From: Schizochytrium sp. TIO01 | Taxonomy: Eukaryota; Protista; Bigyra: Labyrinthulomycetes | Reading direction: 5' to 3' | DNA length: 64,000 nucleotides | Assembly: GCA_004764695.1 (NCBI GenBank) | Contig: SMSO01000019.1 | Span: 10,223 to 74,222, forward strand | In this document: positions 50,330 to 64,000 of the stretch, piece after piece | Layout: each line of letters starts with the position of its first letter | How positions within the stretch are numbered: the stretch's first letter is position 1 | Position numbers and translations under genes: made by a program | The notes under the pieces: model-generated | What the model was told of the DNA's origin: nothing | Databases searched by the model: none | What the model saw: the letters and a program-made list of their open reading frames with translations, nothing else

Positions 50330-52001
50330 AAAAGCTTGGTCCTGACTATTACGATAGCTTTCCCTCGTGGATGATTCCACAAACGTACGACAAAGTTTGA
50401 AGGTTCTTGCATCCCTCGAGTGCCTTTGCGACGGCCTTTGCGCCCTCATCGCCAATGTTGTTCTCAGAAAGACTGTGAGTAGTATAAATGAATAAGTTTG
50501 TTTTGTTCATTCGTTGTCAGGAAAGACAGGTCCAGTCAGTTGATCCTGTTTTGTTTTGTTTTTCCTCACAATAAAAAGCAATCAGCTCTTCTTCATCTTC
50601 TGCTGCTGCTGCTGCTACCTATCAAATTATATAGATTTCCTTCTTCTCTTTGTAAAAAAGAAAAGACTTCTTTGCCTTTCTTTGCGTACCCAACTACGTA
50701 AACTACTTAGGTAGTGTACCAGCAGTACTACAAACACCAAGCACTAGAAAGAAAGAAAGAAAGAAAAAGCTTGGTCCTGCCTATTACGATAGCTTTCCCT
50801 CGTGGATGATTCCACAAACGTACTCTAAAGTTTGAAGGTTCTTGCATCCCTCGAGTGCCTTTGCGACGGCCTTTGCGCCCTCATCGCCAATGTTGTTGTT
50901 GTCAAGACTGTGAGTAGTATAAATGAATAAGTTTGTTTTGTTCATTCGTTGTCAGGAAAGACAGGTCCAGTCAGTTGATCTTGTTCTGTTTTGTTTTTCC
51001 TCACAATAAAAAGCAATCAGCTCTTCTTCATCTTCTTCTGCTGCTGCTGCTGCCTATCAAATTATATAGATTTCCTTCTTTTCTCTTTGTAAAAAAGAAA
51101 AGACTTCTTTGCCTTTCTTTGCGTACCTAACTACGTAAACTACTTAGGTAGTGTACCAGCAGTACTACAAACACCAAGCACTAGAAAGAAAGAAAGAAAA
51201 AGCTTGGTCCTGACTATTACGATAGCTTTCCCTCGTGGATGATTCCACAAACGTACGACAAAGTTTGAAGGTTCTTGCATCCCTCGAGTGCCTTTGCGAC
51301 GGCCTTTGCGCCCTCATCGCCAATGTTGTTGTTGTCAAGACTGTGAGTGGTATAAATGAATAAGTTTGTTTTGTTCATTCGTTGTCAGGAAAGACAGGTC
51401 CAGTCAGTTGATCCTGTTTTGTTTTGTTTTTCCTCACAATAAAAAGCAATCAGCTCTTCTTCATCTTCTGCTGCTGCTGCTGCTGCCTATCAAATTAAAT
51501 AGATTTCCTTCTTCTCTTTGTAAAAAAGAAAAGACTTCTTTGCCTTTCTTTGCGTACCGAACTACGTAAACTACTTAGGTAGTGTACCAGCAGTACTACA
51601 AACACCAACTACAAAAAAGAAAGAAAGAGAAAGCTTGGTCCTGACTATTACGATAGCTTTCCCTCGTGGATGATTCCACAAACGTACTGTACTCGTTCAA
51701 GGTTCTTGCATCCCTCGAGTGCCTTTGCGACGGCCTTTGCGCCCTCATCGCCAATGTTGTTGTTGTCAAGACTGTGTTTGTTTGTTTGTTTGTGAACAAG
51801 TGAGAGTAAGTATATGCCATTTCCAACTTCTTCATTAGTGCCACTACTAGTTCAAAACTATTCTTCTTCTACAAAGCTGACTACTATAACACATTGACGA
51901 CGCGATGCCTCATTCTTCTGTCTCGTCCCTTCTGCATCGTGCACTTACCGAATCTCTGTCGTATCTTCTCTGATGTCCTTAATGCTCTTTGCCACAGTCA
52001 T
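40308..52001 (-). CDS. Gene A copy 2: spliced LRR (20 repeats)-linker-helical region-non-RD kinase-RING1/Rcat RBR-like protein, about 1539 aa
   Basis: Exon 1 is 52001-51949 (MTVAKSIKDIREDTTEI). Nineteen LRR exons run from 51771-51688 down to 44021-43938; one of them, 49580-49494, is 87 nt. The capping exon is 43599-43516 and the linker exon is 43347-43153. The last exon, 42996-40308, is in frame with the 907-aa ORF (HCDIKPENI, DFD, CPNC..DGCCAVEC..CGHHFCAWC). Confidence 0.85.
43516..51771 (-). repeat. Tandem array of ~420-460-bp intron+LRR-exon units (type A), 20 exons
   Basis: There are 19 occurrences of the donor CAAACGTAC (plus-strand view) plus the capping exon. The unit is the same as at 7049-11126. 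Confidence 0.95.
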
Positions 52002-53259
52002 CGTGTTTTGCAGCAGTGAGTTTCGCCTTTGATGGATGGATTGATCAATCGCGTTGATTTTCTTTGCTTTGTCTTTGTCTTCGCTTTGCTTTGGCGCTCG
52101 TAAGATAGAGGGAGAGAGAGTCGTTTGAGTCTTCGCTTGCGCTGCTGATCAGGAACGGAGACTTCTACTCTCTCTTCTTCTGCTCTCTCTTCTTCTTCTC
52201 CTTCTCCTTCTTCTGAGCTGCAAGGAAGGAGGATCGGGCGGACTCCTCGCGATGCCTCGCAAGTGCCTCAGTAGACCAAGCCTCGCCCACGAACAGCGAA
52301 CGCGTGGAGGGGTGTGGCACGCGAGAGGTCGCGGGTGCGTGGATATCGTGCGCGCGCGCTGCCTCGTGTTGCGGCTTTGCGGCTTTGCGGCTTTGGCGAT
52401 GGCATGGTATTCCCTTTTATTCCTTTCCTGTGTTAAGGTCCTTTGCCCTTTTGTTTAAGGTGCTTTCACTTCGTTTCTAATTTATCCTGGGAGCGCAAAA
52501 GAGGAGTCTAGTCTTGAAGAAAGACGAGGAGGGCTCGTGCTTCGTCTAGGTCAAAAACAAGGCAGGAGGCGACACGAAGAAGGACTCCATCCCTTTATGG
52601 TCGTGCAGATGAAGAGAGTTAACGCATAGAACTATTCTTCAAGCTTTTTTATTTTTTTATTATTTAAAATAAATATAAGAAATTAAGTTGGTGTGTAAAG
52701 CAAAAGAAGGATGTTGAATTTTGATTGCCATGGCGTATTGTGTAATGAATAGCAGGCAAGAAAAGATCCTTGTATTGAGGTCTATTTGAGATAAGAGGTG
52801 GGAACTTATTGAATCCTTTTGTTGCCTTTGATGAAGTCTTGGAGCGACACAAACTCGCAACTGTGTCATCAAGGAGCGTGAAAGTAAATAATCTTGATAT
52901 AGCTAAAGCTTGGGAGAGAATGGAGAACAAGTCGACAATTTTCGGATTTCAAAGATGTGTCGAGTTGTTGGATATTTGCTTCACGGCTTCAATGTGAAAA
53001 AAGCAGAGAGTTGCTTTCAACGATCAGAGCTACTGGCGGCTGCGACCAAAGGTGTGCCAGAAAGAAGGAAAGGAAAGTTTCAAAAAGAGGAGAATCTTTG
53101 ACCGAGAGTAGATGCCTGATTGCCTTTCTTGCATTGCTTTTAATCCTCTTCGGGCAGGTTTTATTTCATAAAATTAATCTTTGATGTGTCTTATATTGTG
53201 ATATCAACCGTGGAGTTGCTTTCTTTTAATGGTAGGGTAAAAAATGAACGGAGAAAAAA

Positions 53260-53377
53260 ACATTCAACACCGGGGCTTCGCATGCAGTCCCCTATCATAC
53301 TACTGACCCGGCCCTACGCGACTTTACTTCTCAGTGCGAATGAGATGAGGTGTTACCCGCGTGGTATGATCGAATGT
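53260..53377 (-). rRNA. 5S rRNA
   Basis: Identical to 12601-12718 and in the same position between genes A and B. Confidence 0.93.
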
Positions 53378-53843
53378 ACATCAACATGGGTGTATACTGT
53401 ATATATAGGTAGTATTGAATTGGTTGTTATTTACTTTCTTTACTTCTATGGCTATGTGATTCATAGCATGTAGTGCTAAGAGGTAGTATTGCTGGAATTT
53501 CTGGAGCAACATTTCTGCAGAAGATATTCTAGGAGTAGGCCTCAGGAAATAGTCTTGAAAGAGCGAGAAAGAAAGGAGGTCAAGCACCGAGGCTTAGTAG
53601 GTAAGGTTAAGTTCAAACTAGTAAATATCCTTTTACTTCGAGAGCACTAAAAAGCATCTCCTTCTTAGGGGAAACCATAGTAACTCAGCAAGTCAGACCA
53701 TGGGCGCACCTCTGTCATCGACTTGCAGCTTTACGTCCAGCAGGTTAGAAACCTTCTGCAACGACTGGGGCTGCGCCACGAGCTTAGCTGAAGGGATATA
53801 AGCACGCGTACGCTGGTTCAGGTATAGATCTTTACTTGCTGCG

Positions 53844-59469
<5,626 letters not shown>

Positions 59470-62400
59470 TTTATTCTTTATTAAACCTTGTTGCTGTATA
59501 TTTAACTATGTGAATGATATTACAATTTTGTAGATTTTCAGGATTATGAACGTACTAGAAAATATTAATCATCATAATATAGAGCGTGTAGGTGATGGAA
59601 ACATTTTGATTGAATACTGATATTGACAATTTAAGAAGCGAATAAATTAAACGCCGTAAGAGTCAGAGACAATATTTTGAAAGATGTTAGAGCACAAGAC
59701 ACGACTAGTGAACGTGCATGTGGCAATCAGTGATTTTCAAGATGTGAAGTGAAAAATTGCCATAATGCTCAAAACTCCGTAGTAGGTTGCATTTAGAAAA
59801 AAGTGCTTGAGGGTCATTGCATGAATAAAATAAATTCACCTTACATTAAATAATGCCTTATAAGTCCATAATTCTTCATACGTATTTTTGGAGTTTTGAA
59901 TGTGAGTTTGGAAGCCGTTTTCAAGTTCCTCAGATCCCCATCCGAAAATTTCGGTTGTCATATTCGGATTACTCAAGTTTCAGCTTCTTTAAGTACATAG
60001 TTTACTCAATGCGACCACTACAAGTTTGAGAAGGCTCGATAAATTATGAAAATGCAGCAGCTTTTGCAACAACGTCTATGGGGAAGCTTGACGATTCCTT
60101 TTCTATAGTTGCCAGACAAAATGTTAAATGACACATGTGATTTAATGACCAACAACCTGTTGCAAAGTAATTGACGACGAGAGTATGGGGCCATTCTCCA
60201 ACAATGGTGGCGTTGTTGTGCGTTGTTGTGCGTTGAAAACAGAATGTTGTTTCAGGCCTCATTTATTACCAAAGCCATATCTATCCAGGTGTATTACCCA
60301 AATCTAAACTAACTGGGCCCTTTGATGCGAAATCTATGTATTCAGCTTGTCTGTGTCTGCAAGCTCAATAAACTCAATAATGTTCTTTCCCTTTCACTCT
60401 CTTCATCAGGTCTCACTGACCACCTTACTAAAGCTCATTCTCTTGTCAGACTACCTCTGTGCGGTCCATCGCAGAAGCTATTATGCAATAGCTATATTAG
60501 CGAACCTGAGATTCTGTATTGTGGTAAAGTATCCTGATATAGACGGTATTCAAATAAAAAAGTAGCTAGAAGAAGAAGCGTGTGATCACTCAAAAGCTCG
60601 AGCAGTCAAAAGTATCATGGAAATATCCCTAACAAAGTCTGGTGCACTTTAACGCCTCATTTCTGGCCTACTCTGATTACTTTTTCGATAAACTCAATAA
60701 GCAATCTCTTTTTTAGCACAGCTTCTATCGTCCTATATCAAGGGATAAAGATGTAAGAGCTGCGTACGGCATTCAATCCACCGGGCATCTGACGCCCAGT
60801 AGTGTGGGCACTCTTCATGAGGTGGACGCCCGTCGTATAAATTGTCCGGGAGAGCAGAGCCTTACCGTGGATGCGTTGCCTTCCTTCTTCTTTTCCTTTC
60901 ACGACCTCCATTGCTTGGACGGCTCCACATCCTAGTCTGCTTCATAAGTTAACGACAAGAGTAATTGTTTTGAGTTATGCACATTCAATATGAAAGCAAA
61001 GGGATTGTAGTATTATTAGCCGTGGAGTTGTATAGTGCAACAGAACTTTCTAGTTTCGAGATGACCTGATTTTGTTTGATCCTGTCAATAAGTTAATACA
61101 CCCATGACCTGCGCTCAAATGAAGCTGAAGGAAAAAAAAACCAGGTCTGGTATGAAACCCATATGAAAATTCAAAGCAACAACACTGATCACAACTAGTT
61201 CTCAAGAAACCCGAACAATTATGGCTCAACGACAGTGTCGGGTGTCTAGGTTTTCGTAGCTGTACTTAACAAGAGTCTACCGGGGATAACACCATCCTAA
61301 TGGGCTCTACTACTGCGATGTCAAGCTTGTAGATATACAAAGATGGAGACGGACAGAATTGCACCAACCTCTAAACTTATCCTCAGTTCCTCACGTTCAA
61401 AGCAGTTCTTTCTTGTTTATCTGGTGTTAACGCTCATCTTGCTTACACAACTCTTCAGTATTCTCATTATGACCATCCACTCAAAACACTATATGAATGT
61501 TTACTAAGATTTTCCCAAATGGCTTAGAACCCATTTTTCTTTTTGGACCCTTTTCACACTTAGTGCACTGTTTTGCGACTCGTTCTAGGTCTCATCTGAT
61601 TACTTCTTTAGTTCAATCAGTGCCGCGTTTCCTAGTTGATTGGAAGGCAATCGGAGAGAAGAAAGAAGGGATCTGAGCAAGGATAGGCTAGCCTTCAGAA
61701 TGGTAAACGAAGAGGTTGCGTGCGTGGAGCGCAGTCGCAGCTCTTTGAGAAAACTAAGCTCATGTGAGTCAGTTAGGTTAGCTATGTGTGGGCTAAGAAG
61801 ACTTGGCTTATATCGCCGGTGAGACTTGAGTGATTGATTATTTTGTGTGTTTTGGGCATGCTTGCTTGTGGAGCTTCTTCTTCTTGGAGAGATGTGCAAT
61901 TTCCTTGTTGCACTTAAGCGTATACAATAAGAGGACTGCTTTTTAACTCTAAAGAGTTTTCGATTGAAAGATATTTCTTTAAGCATTTCTTTTCAGATGG
62001 AATAGTCAAAGACATCTTCGACTTGAAAGAAGGAAGAGTTTTTTAAAAAATTTTTTTAATGGAGTATCAGGCGAATGCATTCATTGGACAACTTGTATTG
62101 AAACGGTCTAGAGGGCGAGAACCTCAGTAACAATTATCTTTTCTAACGTAGTTGTAATGCCCTTACGCCAGGAGGTGATGATGTAAGAGCTGCGTTCGAT
62201 CTTCGAACTGCCACAAGCAGCCTGTGACAAGGAGCTTTGGACTGAACTTATTTATGATTGAGACGTCCTTGTTGATGCACACATGTGCATAGAATAAGCC
62301 GGTCGGCTTCAATACTGTGCAATGCAGGAGTTTATGTCTCGTGTTGTTCGAAATCAGCCAGTGTTTGTTACTTTCTATTTATGGCTATCATGTTTAGGCC

Positions 62401-63183
62401 ATTGTCAATTTGATCCGCTAATAAATGTATATATTTAACCTTATTCGTCTAAGCATCACGGTACTTCAACTGTACAAGCAGCAAACATGGACCCCAAAAT
62501 ACCGGATCAAGTTTTTGGTAGAAATTCCCCACAGCAATTTCCACTCATGAAATTTACTGAAACTCCTGTAAAAATATTCGGAAATTTCCAAATTTGCCAC
62601 CATTTATTTGATACTTTAAAACTTCCAAAACAAACAAACATCAGCAATATTACACCACATTTTCTGCGTCGAAGGGCCCTTGTTCAACGCGGCCACTGAA
62701 CGGGAAACCGTCAGAACAGAACAGAACAGTTGACAAGTTCCAACTGTTGATGGTTTTGTGAGTTCTCGAGGTGGCGCGAGGAAGGGTGTGTGCGGACGGG
62801 TTCAACTCTGTTGGACTTGTGAAGCACAGCAACAACTTCCTGCAAAATGCGCTAAGATTGGATCTGAGACAGCGTGTGCCATTTGGGTACATTTTGAAGC
62901 TGTCGCGGTCTTGAAGCTTCGTATTGTTACGTAGATCTTCGCAAAGTTTTGATCTGAACCGAAGACGTGAGGACCGTTGCATGTGGATGAATATTTCTTC
63001 AGAAGCGTGCAGCACTTCACATCGAAGTCTCCCCTAGGGATGTTTAAACAAACATTCTTTGGCGTGAGATTGGTCAAGGTTGAAAAGGACGATTGGCTGA
63101 GTTTTGAAATACACTTAGATTGTTGAAGAAACTTGTTTAAAATGATCTCCCACAGATTCATTTTAAATAATAATAAACATAGC

Positions 63184-64000
63184 AATCTGGTTGATCCTGC
63201 CAGTAGTCATATGCTCGTCTCAAAGATTAAGCCATGCATGTGTAAGTATAAGCGATTGTACTGTGAGACTGCGAACGGCTCATTATATCAGTAATAATTT
63301 CTTCGGTAGTTTCTTTTATATGGATACCTGCAGTAATTCTGGAAATAATACATGCTGTAAGAGCCCTGTATGGGGCTGCACTTATTAGATTGAAGCCGAT
63401 TTTATTGGTGAATCATGATAATTGAGCAGATTGACATTTTTGTCGATGAATCGTTTGAGTTTCTGCCCCATCAGTTGTCGACGGTAGTGTATTGGACTAC
63501 GGTGACTATAACGGGTGACGGAGAGTTAGGGCTCGACTCCGGAGAGGGAGCCTGAGAGACGGCTACCATATCCAAGGATAGCAGCAGGCGCGTAAATTAC
63601 CCACTGTGGACTCCACGAGGTAGTGACGAGAAATATCGATGCGAAGCGTGTATGCGTTTTGCTATCGGAATGAGAGCAATGTAAAACCCTCATCGAGGAT
63701 CAACTGGAGGGCAAGTCTGGTGCCAGCAGCCGCGGTAATTCCAGCTCCAGAAGCATATGCTAAAGTTGTTGCAGTTAAAAAGCTCGTAGTTGAATTTCTG
63801 GCATGGGCGACCGGTGCTTTCCCTGAATGGGGATTGATTGTCTGTGTTGCCTTGGCCCATCTTTCTCATGCTGTTTTCGGTATGAGATCTTTCACTGTAA
63901 TCAAAGCAGAGTGTTCCAAGCAGGTCGTATGACCGGTATGTTTATTATGGGATGATAAGATAGGACTTGGGTGCTATTTTGTTGGTTTGCACGCCTGAGT
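63184..64000 (+). rRNA. 18S rRNA, second copy (5' part, truncated by the window end)
   Basis: Starts with ATCTGGTTGATCCTGCCAGT and is near-identical to 21520-22340 except in two variable regions. Confidence 0.98.

Noticed and set aside
43625-51569. Repeated MFCSFVVRKD... ORFs (also at 9353-10442) as a small-peptide family
   Set aside because: They are antisense readings of type-A introns, start at TTG, and have variable frameshifted ends driven by microsatellites.
43516-51771. CRISPR-like array (constant repeats with short variable segments)
   Set aside because: The context is eukaryotic, the units are about 430 bp, the variable parts are a few codons inside spliced LRR exons, and there are no cas genes.

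Overview
Eukaryotic genomic DNA. The 18S sequence looks like a thraustochytrid (Labyrinthulomycetes, Aurantiochytrium/Schizochytrium-like); this is recognised from memory, not searched. The window holds two diverged copies (about 520-27060 and about 37140-64000+) of a large rDNA-containing unit. The order is: degenerate gene remnant, gene A (minus strand), 5S rRNA, gene B (plus strand), spacer, 18S-5.8S-28S. Three tRNA genes, more remnants, a third 5S and a 5-N assembly gap lie between the copies. The main result concerns the four ~385-455-bp tandem repeat arrays, which the ORF track shows only as short, meaningless ORFs. They are intron-exon units, and each carries one 84-nt, phase-2 symmetric exon encoding a 28-aa ribonuclease-inhibitor-type LRR (52 exons read, none with a stop or frameshift). 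Splicing by hand gives two intact head-to-head genes per unit. Gene A is LRR(10 or 20)-linker-helical region-non-RD kinase-RING1/Rcat (RBR-like E3). Gene B is LRR(10 or 12) plus a short C-terminal domain with weak SOCS/F-box-like motifs. Variation concentrates in the LRR beta-strand codons at the exon ends and is combined as a mosaic, while introns and exon cores are homogenised. This suggests a diversifying, paired intracellular receptor system carried within the rDNA repeat. The splicing and the function are inferred, not shown.
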